From Octopus sinensis (lineage: Eukaryota): a stretch of DNA of 64,000 nucleotides. Where the stretch lies: the NCBI RefSeq assembly GCF_006345805.1, contig NC_042999.1, forward strand, positions 35,340,001 to 35,404,000, written 5' to 3'. A model generated the notes under the pieces. The model made no database searches. It was not told the origin of the DNA and worked only from the letters and a program-made list of their open reading frames with translations. The position numbers were made by a program, and so were the translations under genes. This document shows, piece by piece, positions 51,064 through 64,000 of this stretch. Numbering within the stretch: the stretch's first letter is position 1; every line of letters starts with the position of its first letter.

Positions 51064-51499
51064 TAGATAGATATAGATAGATATAGATAGATAGATATAT
51101 ATATATATATTATATATATATATATATTATATATACATACATACATATATATATATACATACATATATATATATACATATACATACATATACCTTATCCA
51201 CATATACGTATGTGTGTATATATGTGTATACACATATGCATACATATATATATATATACACACATATATGCATATATATATACATATATACATATATATA
51301 TATAACACATAAGGTACAAGTATACACACACATACACACACTATTGGCACAGGTGTTTGCACACACACACACCTGATAGCCTCACACACATACTATACAC
51401 AGCCTCTCAAAATGCCACACATATACACACCTTCACACACACATACACACACACATACACACATAAAGTTTCCAGGATAAATCTATGGGACATGTCTGT

Positions 51500-52750
51500 A
51501 TGGAATTCATATATGTCAAATGACAAACCGTTAGCGTTAAATATAAGACGTCATCACATTAGAAACTTGTTGATGGAAAAGACTTCTCCTAGGTATATCA
51601 CAGCTTGTTCAGTATAAGAAGCAATTCTCTGTGGAATACTTTGTCAAATACTTTAGAAATGTGTAAAGTAAAAACACGAAAGCCAGATTTGTGATCCAGT
51701 GTGCTATTTATCCTATTAGTGATGAATGTAAATATATCAAGTATGGAACTGGAAGACTGAAAACCGTACTGTTTATCACTAAGGAGATTGGCTTTATTCA
51801 TGTAGTTACTAACATGCTAGTTAATTATAGATTCAAACAGCTTGTTTTCTCTTCTCATAAGACTACATTGAGATGGAGAAGAATAGTCATCATCGGGGCG
51901 CCACTGCATGGTGCCAAAGATTCCAACATCACCATCAAAATACAGGTCCAGATACTGCAACAGCTTGGGTTTCAGAGGACCACAGCTCTTTAACATCCTC
52001 CCTAAATGCCTGAGAGACTTACATGGTGTGGATGTGGGTTTCTTTAAAACTAAGCTGGATCTCTTCTTGTCGGGGGTCCTCACGACAGGAGACACAGATG
52101 CGGGCAGCGGCATCGAACTCCCTTGTTAATCAAGTGCGACGTATCAGAGGTGGATTCACATATTAGTGTAGCTCATTCAGCGGTGGTGCCCCAGCATGGC
52201 CGCGGCCTTCGGGCTAAAACATTTTTAAGGATTTAAGGATTTAAGGTTCTTGAAAATTGGACAAATTACAGACTACTTCTATATGCTAGGTAAGCAATGA
52301 TTGAAAAAATTTAATTAAATAGGGGATAGATCAAGGAATAAGTTTTTCAACAGAATGACTGGCATTTGATCTGAACCAATTGCTTTTGACGGATTAAGGT
52401 CATTTATAACTTTGGAAATCTTCCTTACTGGTACTCTAATATCTGAAATAAGCAGTTAGTATGAGTATGGAAATCCACCATAAAGTGTTAGTCATTCAGC
52501 ATAGAGTTTGATGTAAAATTGTTACCAAATAGTTTTGCTTTGTCTGAGAACGATGAGATTGCTTCAGACCCATTGATGATTATAAGAACAGATTAGTGAT
52601 GTGTCACGGTTAAATAATCTTTCAGTTATTTTCCAGATTTCAAGTGAACCAGTGCCTCTTTAACAAATCTCCCTTGAACAAATTCAGTACAACAAACCTT
52701 GTCGTTCTTTAACCTTGGTTACAGCAGCTACAGAAGGCTACAGGTTAATG
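51500..52750 (-). mobile_element. Degenerate CR1/L2-type LINE RT fragment, split by a plus-strand LINE 3' end
   Basis: Peptides LNPSKAIGSDQMPVILLK (~52330-52420) and LSDKQYGFQ...ISKVFDKVFHRELL (51598-51801). Confidence 0.7.
51833..52246 (+). mobile_element. 3' end of an L2/CR1-type LINE with short tandem tail
   Basis: Peptide LGFRGPQLFNILPKCLRDLHGVDVGFFKTKLDLFLSGV; 3' end ggtgccccagcatggccgcgg...gctaaaac followed by (ttaagga)n. Confidence 0.75.
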
Positions 52751-53344
52751 TCACCTCTATTTTGGTGATGCTCTATACTATACATGGTTATTGCAATGAA
52801 CTATAGCAGTAGTACAATCTGGAGTAAACAAAGTTTGTGAGAGAGCAAGAAGCCTTTGTTAATTTCAACAAATTGGGAAAGATAAAAGGTGAAGACGACT
52901 TCAACAGTATTCGAACATCGGAACTTAAACCACAGTAACTAAATACTACAAATCATTTTATCTGAAGCTCTAACAATTTTGCTAATTCACTAGCATTGAT
53001 TCTATATAGAAAATGTTTCACATGTAGAAATTATAAGGATTCAAATATTATTATTTTCGCTAATAAGGTAAGAATTGGGAGATCTAAAACATGAGATCTC
53101 TGAACTATTATTTACGAGACAGAAAATTCGTAATTGGAAAATTGGATTTCAATGAGCAGAACATGAGAATCCTTATTCTCAGAATATTACTCGGAAAATA
53201 ATAATGGTATATGTGCTGCACAGCGTATGTGTATATATATATATATATATTATATATAATATATTATATATATATATATATATATGTTCAAGTTCGTGTG
53301 TGAGCTTGTGCATGTGAATACATGTGCTTGCTTGTCTATCAGTC

Positions 53345-53408
<64 letters not shown>

Positions 53409-53478
53409 TGCATATATTATATATATATATTATATATATATATATATATATAAACAGGTACATATATACTCATACATA

Positions 53479-53650
53479 GGCGCAGGAATGGCTGTGTGGT
53501 AAGAAGCTTGCTTCCCAACCACATGGTTCGGATTCGGTCCCTCTGCGTGGCACCTTAGGCAAGTATCTTCTACTATAGCCTCGGGCTGAACAAAGCTCAA
53601 AGTCTTGTGAATTGACTTGGTAGACGGAAACTGAAAGAAGCCCGCCGTAT
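53479..53650 (+). mobile_element. SINE head with CORE-like segment
   Basis: ggcgcaggaatggctgtgtggtaagaagcttgcttcccaaccacatggttcggattcggtccc. Confidence 0.8.
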
Positions 53651-53734
53651 AAATATATATATATATAATATAAATAATATATATGCATATATAAAACATA
53701 TGCATATATAAAACATATGCATATATGAGTACAG

Positions 53735-54363
53735 GATGTCACCAACAGTAAACAACATGAAATGTGAAAACAAATGAGTTCAATACGCAAACAACGAGAG
53801 AAACAAATGGAAAGCAGGACAAGTAACATAAAGAACGACCCTTCATCAGTTGTCGACCTTCTATCTACTCCTCATTTCGAGCATTCAACGACAATATAAG
53901 TCTTCAAAGACAGTTACTCCCATAAATACCAAAATAAAATTTGGGATTTATGGAGGGTCAAATTTGGGAACAAAAACAGGACAGTGGAGATATACAATGA
54001 AACTGAACGAAAACAAACATAGAGGGTCGTTAGACCAGAACGAGGGTAAAATAGCGAACGCTGTAAGAATATTTTCTTTGAAAAGAGAAAAGCTAGAAGA
54101 GAGAGGTAGAATACTCCGGTCCTTAGGACAGCCCTGAAGGAAAAGAAAGATGATCACGTGAGGAAAAGAAAGATGGACGATGGTCACGTGTGAGCAACGA
54201 GAGAGAGAAAAGAGAAAGGGAGAGAGAGGGACAGATAGAAAACTATGAAGGGGAGAAAATATGAGGAAGAAAACAATATAGAGTAGAATCGCATCAAAAA
54301 GATTAAGATGAACTTACTTGAAAATGGATGCGTGGCGGTTCAGTTAAATAATAATATAAATAC

Positions 54364-54398
<35 letters not shown>

Positions 54399-54880
54399 CA
54401 TTTTCGTTCTTCTTATATGTATATATATATATTATATATATATATAATATACATATAAGAAGAACGAAAATGCTACTTTTTAAAAGTACTTTTTAAAAGG
54501 TAATTAAAAGAAATTTTTTTGTATTACAGGTTTCGGCTTTTGAAAAACCTTACCAAAAGTATGTACTAAAATGGAATATGTTTAGAAAAAAGTGACACTG
54601 GCTATGATGGCCTTCACAGACAGTGCCACGAGTTATGCCACGAAAATTAAAGGAAATTACCACGTGTTCTGGCAGGAAAAAAGAAAGTACACTATGAACG
54701 TTTATTTCAATAGTTTTAATAATAACTTTTTTCTCTACATATTCCATTTTAGTACATATTTTTGATAAGGTTCTTCAAAAACCGAAACATGTAATACAAA
54801 AAAATTTTTTTCTTTTAATGTATTTATATAAAGAAATTCAAAATGTACCTAATTTTTAAAAAAGTAGCATTTTCGTTCTT
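53735..54880. mobile_element. PLE-like termini with nested inverted repeats and hammerhead relics
   Basis: Arms 54504-54593 and 54725-54818 are inverted. A 25-bp-arm hairpin surrounds (AT)n at ~54398-54475. Each long arm has ggtt..aacc/agcc-GAAAC-(a/c)tGTA. Confidence 0.6.
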
Positions 54881-54884
54881 TTTC

Positions 54885-54984
<100 letters not shown>

Positions 54985-55487
54985 AAAACAAGTCAGGATA
55001 GAAAATGCTAAAATAATTTTATAAAGAACATTTCAGTACCGCTTCAGTCATTGAGACCTTTTCAACTGTATATATATATATATATACACATATATAGTAT
55101 ATAATATATATATATATACATGTGTGTACGTGTGTATGTAAGAGTGGTGTGTGAGTGTGTGTGTGCGTCTGTGGGAGTGTGTGAATGTGTATGTGTTTGT
55201 GTGCTAAAATTCAGGGCGTTTTTGACTATATGGATGTTCCATAATTTTAGATTAAACAATACATTGTTGCATATAATGTTTCGATCTATATACTCTAAAA
55301 CCTATGCTCTTGGGTCTGAAAAGCTTCAAACGAATCTGATCTCAAGAAGCCTCAAAATAGTAGGGTTTTAATCATTCGTATAACAAAACGTTTGAAAAAA
55401 GCTGTTGCTATTCCTGACGATGAAGAAATCAAAAATGAAAGACAAAGGAGCCTGCAGATCCATGTATATACATACGTAAAGGATACA

Positions 55488-55771
55488 CACACACACATTC
55501 AACTCTTACACACACACACACACACATCCAACTCTTACACACACACACACACATCCAACTCTTACACACACATACACACACACATACACACATTCAACTC
55601 TTACACACACACACACATCCAACTCTTACACACACACACACACATCCAACTCTTACACACACACACATTCAACTCTTACACACACACACATCCAACTCTT
55701 ACACACACACAACACACACATCCAACTCTTACACACACACACATTCAACTCTTACACACACACACATCCAA

Positions 55772-55808
<37 letters not shown>

Positions 55809-55835
55809 CCAACTCTTACACACACACACACAGAT
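55488..55835 (+). repeat. Minisatellite: (AC)n plus AT(C/T)CAACTCTT, about 12 units
   Basis: The fixed 11-mer recurs, separated by variable-length AC runs. Confidence 0.9.
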
Positions 55836-55889
55836 CCCACTTTTACACACAAACATAAACAAAAAGAAGGCACATACAGATACGTAGAA

Positions 55890-56320
55890 ACGCGCACATA
55901 CATGCATACATACATACATACATGCATGCATGCATACATACATACATACATACATACATACATACATACATACATACATACGTACGTACATACATACATA
56001 CATACATACATACATACATACGTACATCATGCATGATACATACATACATACATACATACATACATGCATGCATGCATACATATACAAACATACATACATA
56101 CATACATCAACATACATACATACAGCATACATACATACATTACATACATTACATACATACATACATACATACATACATGCATGCATACATACATACATAC
56201 ATACATACATGCATGCATACATACATACATAAATACATAACATACATACATACATACATACATACATACATACATACATACATACATACATACATACATA
56301 CATACATACATACATACAAA
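55890..56320 (+). repeat. Long (CATA)n microsatellite with catg interruptions
   Basis: Visible directly in the sequence. Confidence 0.95.
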
Positions 56321-56570
56321 CACTTAGGCAAAAGGATGATGCTTACATAAATATTAACACACACACACACACACGCACACACACTCACACACACAGAGAC
56401 ACACACATACAACTATACAACACTTAAGCAAAATGACAAGACATACATAAAGGCTAACACACATACACATACACTTTGTTCTCTTTATCTCTCCCCCTGG
56501 GTCTCTTTCTCTTCTCTTCTCTCCTCTCTACTACTTCTCTCGGTATCTCATTCTCTTTCAGATAGATAGT

Positions 56571-56653
<83 letters not shown>

Positions 56654-56929
56654 GTAGGTAGGGTGATAGGTAGGTAGGTAGGTAGGTAGGTAGGTAGGTA
56701 GATGACCATAGTCATAGATTCTTTTCTACTCTAGGCGCAAGGCCCGAAATTTGGGGATTAGATCAACCCCATTACGAAACTGGTACTTAATTTATCGACC
56801 CCAAAAGGATGAAAGGCAAAGTCGACTTCGGCGGAATTTGAACTCAGAACATAACGGCAGACGAAATACCGCTAAGCATTTCGCCCGGCGTGCTAACGAT
56901 TCTGTCAGCTCGCCGCCTTAGTCATAGAT

Positions 56930-57520
56930 TCAGGTATGTCTATAATATAAACTTCTGGAAAGTTTTATAGATTTTTACATTTCCAGTGATGGATTGGATC
57001 TGTAGTCTTCTAATTAGCTTCCTCCTTCCTGTTTTGAGAAGCCTCATTTCTCAAGATTGGTATTTAGGCAGTGTATTGCATACCCCAAGGCCCCAAACCT
57101 GAACTTATAATCTGCATATTTTATTATAGTTCAGCGTAGATATTCTCTTTTTTACTGGGCAGCTAATTTCTACACAGCTTCTCTTCTCTATCCCAAATCA
57201 TTATATCAGGTCTGTTGTGCTTACATTTTATTGAGATCTTCACGGGGACATTCCACTAGTACTCCTTTTTATTATGAGTGGCTATGGCCTTTATGTATGT
57301 ATGTATCGAGTTTTATATCTATCTAAGGCTTCATGTGAACATAAGAATTGTATGGCAAATTTTCGATCAACAAGATCCCAAGCCCAACCACTTCAACATA
57401 ATTCTTGTTTTCGTATGAAACCTTAGGTATCAGATCTGATCCCAGCTAACGATAACTAAACAAATCTACGCTCTACCACCTGAACTGAGTACTCTTTCTT
57501 CAGTTCATTATTATCAGCCT
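56930..57520 (-). mobile_element. Degenerate R4-like REL 3' fragment, related to 62999-63753
   Basis: Shares long stretches with 63200-63480 and retains HNRPDIMIWDREEK upstream of the VEISCP motif. Confidence 0.7.
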
Positions 57521-57629
57521 ATATACTGAATGAACTATTTATATCAAAAATCTTTCCTATTGCTTCGTGAACGTTTGTTTATTTATGTGTCTATGATAGA
57601 TGTGTTTATTTGTATGTGTGCCTATACTA

Positions 57630-57670
<41 letters not shown>

Positions 57671-57773
57671 GCATTTGTAAGTGTATGCGTATACGTATGT
57701 GTGTTCGTTTGTAAATGTGTATTTGTTCGTGTCCGTGTGTTTGTAAATGTATGTGTGTGTGTGTATTGAACTG

Positions 57774-57863
<90 letters not shown>

Positions 57864-58237
57864 TGGGTAATTACTTTTAATCGTGTCTTTTACACTGAAA
57901 ACAGAATGCTGATGCTGGTATTTAGTGAATTCAATTCATTCTTCTTCTTTTTTTTATCTTCAAGACAATTTAATTAATAATTCAGACAATTTTCTTAGTA
58001 GACATTTTTTCTGAAAAAAAAAACATCTGAAGTTAGATTTTGAGGAACTTACTTTAGTATTTCAATATGTGGTGCCGTCAGTTTTTCTTTTTTTTTTTAA
58101 ACTTTGGACTCAATTATTTTCATTACATTTAGATTTGACTTTTTTTTTTTTATCGGTATTTCGATTACTTTTAAAATAAAGTTAATATCATCATATATCT
58201 ACTTCAAAAGATACATATATACATGCACATAGATATA

Positions 58238-58288
<51 letters not shown>

Positions 58289-58290
58289 TA

Positions 58291-58326
<36 letters not shown>

Positions 58327-58665
58327 TGTATGTATATATATATTTTATGTATGTATGTATTATATAATGAGTGTGAGTGTGTGTATGTGCTTGTGTGCCC
58401 ATAGCAGTTATAAATATGAAATTTAAATATTATTATCTAAGAAAAAATTAAATCAGAGATTCCAGCTCTTACGTTTTAGTTTTATCATCGATAATTATTT
58501 GCATTCTTTTCTTTTTGTTTTGTTTTTTTTTATTTTTCATACGAAGAGAGCAAAATACAAAATATTGATGTTTAGAATACACATATATTCGTGCGTGTGT
58601 GTGCACGCGTGCGTGTGTGTATCTGTATATATATGTGTGTGTCTGTGTGTGTGTATGTATATATA

Positions 58666-59905
58666 TTGGATCATCCCATAAATACTTTTATTTTTCAAAA
58701 TTGAGATAAACAAAGTTCTTTTTTAATCTAAAATATATTCTCCTTAATTTTCTACAATGCTCTTCCATCTCTCTAGTAGTCTTGCAAAGTCCTTCTTTAA
58801 AAATTCACTTCTCCGTGACGAAAAATACTCCTCCAGTACTCTTCTGACCTCGTCTACAGAATTCATATTTTTTCCGTTCAAATGATTTTGAAGACTGCGG
58901 AATAAATGATAATCAGATGGAGCGAATATGGTGGGTGGGGCATCGTTTCCCATTCAAACTGCTCCGGCCTTTTGGAATGTCATCCTCGCTGTATGTGGCA
59001 GAGCATTATCCTGATGGAAGAACACCTTTCGTGTTGAAACCAAAGATGGTCGTTTTTATTCTAGTGCTGACTTAGGCTGATGAAGCCGCTTGCAGCAGAT
59101 CTCCTTTGTTATCCTTTGGTTTGGGTTTAAAAGTTCAAAGTGGACTAAACCTTTCATATCTCACCAAACAGATTACACCATAGCTGGGTGATGACCTTCT
59201 TTAGCCTGGAGTACCGGTGTTTTTTCCTTTCCCTACCCACTGTCTTCGGTGCTTGGCATTTTTATAGAGAACCCATTTCTCATCACCAGTCACTATTCGG
59301 TCCATAAAAGGCTCATTCGTGAGACCTGACAGCAAAAAAGAGCACACATTCACTCGGAAAGTTTGTGAGGGACCCATTTATCCAATTTTCTGACTTTTCC
59401 GATGGCACACAGGTGTTGATGAGTAGTTGAATGACTAAATCCAAGATTCTCTGCTAGTTCCTCAACAGTTACGGTGGGATTTTGTTTCTGCAGGGTTTGC
59501 AGGACGTCCTCGTCAAGCTCTACAGATCTTCCAGGACGAGGCTCGTCTTCTACGCTGTAGTTTCCGACTCAGAATTTCTGGAACTACCGTTGACACTGGC
59601 TTACGCTTAATGTCTGAACCGCATATACTGCATTAATATTCCTCGCATTTTCCGTTGCGTTGTTGCTTTCATTGGACTCATAAAGCAAAACATGCCGAAT
59701 ATGGCCCCTTTGTCACTTCCATTACAGCATTGAAAAAATGATTATTAGAATCGAATTGCACTCTTCAACATTTGCACTAAAAATAAGAACAAGGTAAAAT
59801 TACTATCTGCTTTTATAGTAAGTCGATGCAGGTAGGTTATCCCGTTCCCATCCAACTTTTAGTTCATGCAATTGAAAAAAACGCATTATTTATGAGATGA
59901 CCCAA
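58666..59905 (-). mobile_element. Near full-length degenerate mariner (Tc1/mariner) element, 1240 bp
   Basis: TIRs ttggatcatcccataaata and ttgggtcatctcataaata (17/19 match), TA on the left. Transposase relic from MEVTK at 59722 through EDEPRPGRS to APSDYHLFRSLQNHL..RWKSIVEN-stop at 58744. Confidence 0.88.
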
Positions 59906-60005
59906 CATATATATATATTAATATTTAGCAGAAACAACAAAGTGACTCATGGTCCGAGAGTTTCGTACGTTGGGCACTTCCTGTTTGCATTACCATTATA
60001 TATAT

Positions 60006-60065
<60 letters not shown>

Positions 60066-60274
60066 TTGTACAACAATGCACCAGTATTTACTGGAAATAG
60101 CAGTCGATAATATACGACGCTATAGTAAAGCTTGCTGGTAAAGATGTGTGCGGGCAGTAAACATTAAAAAATCTCATCTACCTCTAGGAAGAACATTAGA
60201 TAAACGTAGAACCCAGATGTGTATAATCTAGGACCTAGGTTTCGAACTCATCAAAATACGTTAACTGAAAGAAG

Positions 60275-60313
<39 letters not shown>

Positions 60314-62745
60314 GAGGGCATTATTACACATAAATGCCACACGCTAGGAGGGACTTTTAAAGTCATAACTACCAAAAATAAACAAATCGTACCGAATGCA
60401 ATTCTCGAAGTAAGACATTTAAAAACAGAATTTAGTTCCAGATCACCTGTGATTTCGCAATTAACGTTTTATCTACGTCTCTTGCTCTTCAGTGAAACTA
60501 ATTCAAAATATATCATGAATGAACAAAACCAACATACCAGGCGGAACCAGACAGGCAACCGTCGCCTCCATCGTAGCACATGAAAATGTTCACCCCTCAT
60601 ATATTTATGTAAATGGCGGGCTTTTTCGAATTGCATTTCAGTAAGAAATGTGCTTCTTCGGAACAAATTTAAAATTAGGATAAAATCTTAATAAGAAATT
60701 ATCAGGTAGTATATATATATAGGCGTATAACGGTTGAATGTGGATTCGTCCTTTAATTGGACGGTTCCATAAAAGATTTCTGTTCATTCTTCTTACTTTG
60801 TTGGTAGTTTACAGGCATAAATTTGCGAAGATATGAAAGTAGTACTTATATATAGTGTATGATGAATATATTGAATGACGTTTCATATATCACATCAATT
60901 TTATTAAAAATGGAAGAGACAATTTGTTAAAATTTATAAGACGTTTAATTCTTGCAATCGATCGTTTCGTACAGCGATATAATAATAATATAAATTCCTG
61001 ATTGAAGTAAAGTAATTAAATATCAACGTACTCTTCAGTGCAAGAAGGAAAGAAACAATAATACAAGGAACTTAAAAAGGAATATTGCAGAAAAAAATTG
61101 GATCTAGGAGTTTCGTACTGGTATCCGTGTGAGAAAGATTTGGGAGTCATGTCGGATATTGAACCATAACTAACGGCTTCAACAGTTCGGAGACGTTCCT
61201 CTATAGATGAGTATGGAAATTAGAATTATAGCTCCATATAAGTAGCGTAGGGCAAATAAGTATTAGAAATGTCCAATGGGGAGACAATACAGAATTTAAA
61301 TTAAAATTAAAACTAACCGTTGGAATCAGTACGTAGTATAATGTATTTTTTTTTAATCGATACAGAAGAATAAAGTTTAGCGCGAGGAAGTGGTATATAA
61401 AAATCTAAGACTAGATAGTTAACGTATACAAACGGCGAAAAATAGAAGAATGAGAATGAGTAAAAGAGAGAAGATGATGTATATAAAGGACTCATGTTTG
61501 CTTAAAAAATCAGGTAAGGTGACACGTATTAATAATAAAAGAGAAAAAATAAGGAAAAACAGAAAAGCAATTGTTAATATTACAATTAAAGTAGTATGTA
61601 CTTGCTGTGTTTATAAAGAAGAATAAGTGAATTTAAAAATGAAGTTAGATAGACCAGAATATATGTAGGCGAGATAAATGAGTGGAGAAAGGGATGAGTA
61701 AAAAAATAAAGCTTTTGATAGGGATTTGTTGGTTATACAGAATGTGTATTTTGATATATATAAAAAGATTTTGTTATATTTCGGAATGGTCATTTTGCCA
61801 GTTTAGCCAATGAAAACACACGCACTATATATTTGGTGTTATTTTCCGAAATATAACAATATCTGTTTCAACACACGACTTCACATAAAAAATCTTGCAC
61901 AACAAATATATAAACGTATAAAAAGATTGTTTCAGAGGTAATAATCCAGCTTAGTATTATGTGAGAAGGATTAGGATTTTCCAATAAATGGAGAAATTAA
62001 TATTGTTTCTTTTGAGGTTCCAATTTTTTAGATAGTCCTATACTATTCTCTTTTCGATGGCCCCTAAAAGAAGATTTATGGTTTAAAATTCTCAATTTGA
62101 GTTTTGTGTCCAACCAACGTATACGTGTCTAGAGGAGTCCTGAGTTATAATTGCTTGATATAAAACTTCTTTCATTTTACGATTTCTATCTACTTCACAG
62201 GCTTAGGGTCTCGACAATTACAATTTGAGTTTGTGGGTGGTGTGGTGGTGTTATATCTATAGTTTGTTGGATTAATAGAGTTATTGTTATTAGCAGTATT
62301 TTTGTTGTTAATCGTAGGATTATTGGAGGTACTTGGTACAGTTATGGTAGATTTTTTTTATTGTAGAATAGATCCAGTTTCTCATTGTTAAAAGAAGAAA
62401 TCATCCTAAAAAGATTTGGAGAAACTGAAAATCCAAATCTAACTTTTTATATAATTAAATATTTAAGCATATTTAGAATTTATTTATTATTAAATAGGAT
62501 AATATAAAATATTTATATGTTTTAAGTTACGAAACAATTAGTCGTAATATTTGAATGTTCTTATTGTTAAATATAATTTCATCAAACTATTTCTACGTTA
62601 TTTATGACTTTATACAATCATTTTCTCTTGTATCATATCTTGTACATTCTGTTTTGTAGAATGATACATTAAGAAGATTTTTCATGAGTACTACCGGAAT
62701 ACTTGAATCCATATATTGTGACTTAGATTTATATAAACATATATG

Positions 62746-62787
<42 letters not shown>

Positions 62788-62998
62788 CGTGTGTGTAAAT
62801 ATATATGTGTTTATACGTGTGTGTATATATATATATATATATACGCACACATACACACACACACACACACACATACGTACACACATATGATGGGCTTCTT
62901 TCAGTTTCCGAGTACCAATTTTACTTATAAGGCTTTCGTCAGCTCTGGACTATAATAGAAGATTCTCAAAATATCTATCCACGCCTGTATATGTATGT

Positions 62999-63753
62999 CA
63001 TTATTCAGTTTATTTCAAGATTTCTTGCCAATAGAGAAAGAACCGGTTTCCAACCGAGATCCAAGGCTCCTTCATTGGAATTTCAACATCAACAATAGGG
63101 TATTTTTGGTTTGTATGTATGTATGTGCAGATTTGTATGTTTTATGTATGTATTCTCATGCTTATAGTTGCATATCTAGACATTTTCATATATATTTAAA
63201 TGATAAACTTCTGGAAAGTTTTACACATTTTTACAGTTCCAGTGGTGGATTGGATCTGTAGTCTTCGAATTAGCTTTCTCTTTTCTGGTCCTGAGAAACC
63301 CAATTTCTCAAGATTGGTATTTAGGCAGTGTGTTACATATCCCAGGACCCCAATAATTACAGGTATAAATCTGAACTTGTAATCTGGATAGAGTAATTGC
63401 AGATTTCTCAATAGTTCAGTATAAGTGTTCTCTCTTTCACTGATCTTCAGCTTTATGTTAACATCCGCTGGGAAGCTAATTTCCACAACTGTGCACAGTG
63501 TAGTTTTGGTATTTCTGTTTCCTTGTAAACCAGTGAGATATCCTTCAGACTTCCTTAACATGAATGACAAGGGGTTTACAGAAAGTGTAAACAACATCAC
63601 AGAGAGGCTGACTCCTTGGAATATGCCTTTGTGATACTGTATTTTATCAGTGATAACACTTTCACTCTTTATGTTTAATTTCAAGTTGGTGGCCCACGAT
63701 GAAATCAGGTCAGCTATGGTTTTGACTATTCTCACTGGAAGTTGAAGAGATTC
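62999..63753 (-). mobile_element. R4-like LINE fragment in a (TACA)n tract with an in-frame RT-to-REL deletion
   Basis: KGIFQGVSLSVMLFTLSVNPLSFML runs directly into LCTVVEISFP..ENTYTELL..FIPVIIGVLG. (TATG)n lies at 63754-63781 and gtatatgtatgt at 62987-62998. Confidence 0.8.
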
Positions 63754-63904
63754 TATGTATGTATGTATGTATGTATGTATGATTTTTTTAGTTTAATTTA
63801 AGTTCTTGAGAGAGTTCAAACCGGTTGTTAACAAAGCAACAAGACTTTTTGAGTTGAGTTCGCGGTGTTTGATACATGTGTTTGAGTTTGGTATGTTGGT
63901 TGAG

Positions 63905-64000
63905 TGGAGGCGCAATGGCCCAGTGGTTAGGGCAGCGGACTCGCGGTCGTAGGATCGCGGTTTCGATTCCCAGACCGGGCGTTGTGAGTGTTTATTGAGC
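63905..64000 (+). mobile_element. tRNA-derived SINE head (continues past the window end)
   Basis: gtggaggcgcaatggcccagtggttagggcagcggactcgcggtcgtaggatcgcggtttcgattcccagacc. Confidence 0.9.

Noticed and set aside
55488-55835. Fixed repeat with variable spacers as a CRISPR-like array
   Set aside because: The spacers are only AC runs of different length and the repeat is 11 bp.
60225-60260. Hammerhead-like TTGATGA-gttc-GAAAC-ctag-GTC on the minus strand
   Set aside because: The first core base is mutated, stem II is collapsed and stem I does not pair. At most a dead relic.
60745-60772. gtcc-aattaaa-ggac-GAA hairpin resembling hammerhead stem II (minus strand)
   Set aside because: There is no CTGANGA upstream, and GAAT replaces GAAA.
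61100-62400. Possible very old Penelope-like ORF (HIKNLAQQIYKRIKRL near 61880)
   Set aside because: Too degenerate to delimit or support by eye.
63905-63980. tRNA gene calls for SINE heads (also 5170-5241, 5821-5895, 17215-17288, 48370-48445)
   Set aside because: A and B boxes are present, but there is no complete acceptor stem and each head continues into a multi-copy SINE body, often with TSDs.

Overview
AT-rich, microsatellite-saturated eukaryotic DNA that is almost entirely transposon-derived. The SINE families resemble those described from Octopus (cephalopod origin is an inference from recalled repeat sequences, not from a search). No host protein-coding gene can be identified with confidence, and most ORFs in the supplied track are translations of microsatellites. 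The window contains: several R4/Dong-type RT-plus-REL-endonuclease LINEs sitting in (TAA)n or (TACA)n tracts; two Gypsy LTR retrotransposon relics, one with the Gmr1-like INT-before-RT order and a tRNA-Pro PBS; RTE, CR1/L2 and Tx1 LINE fragments; two mariner relics; many tRNA-derived SINEs; and several Penelope-like element (PLE) termini next to (AT)n tracts that carry hammerhead ribozyme motifs. The most notable observations are: (1) a 2.08-kb ORF1-only, Tx1-like retroelement with no ORF2, inserted with a ~17-bp TSD into the tRNA head of a SINE that itself sits in a Gypsy integrase; (2) a PLE relic with ~286-bp inverted ends, each carrying a minimal hammerhead, plus several non-canonical or permuted hammerhead-shaped motifs; (3) a three-lobed cloverleaf MITE with a 6-bp TSD; (4) an inverted chimeric copy of SINEs joined to an R4 tail; (5) a SINE-derived satellite with a higher-order dimer structure.
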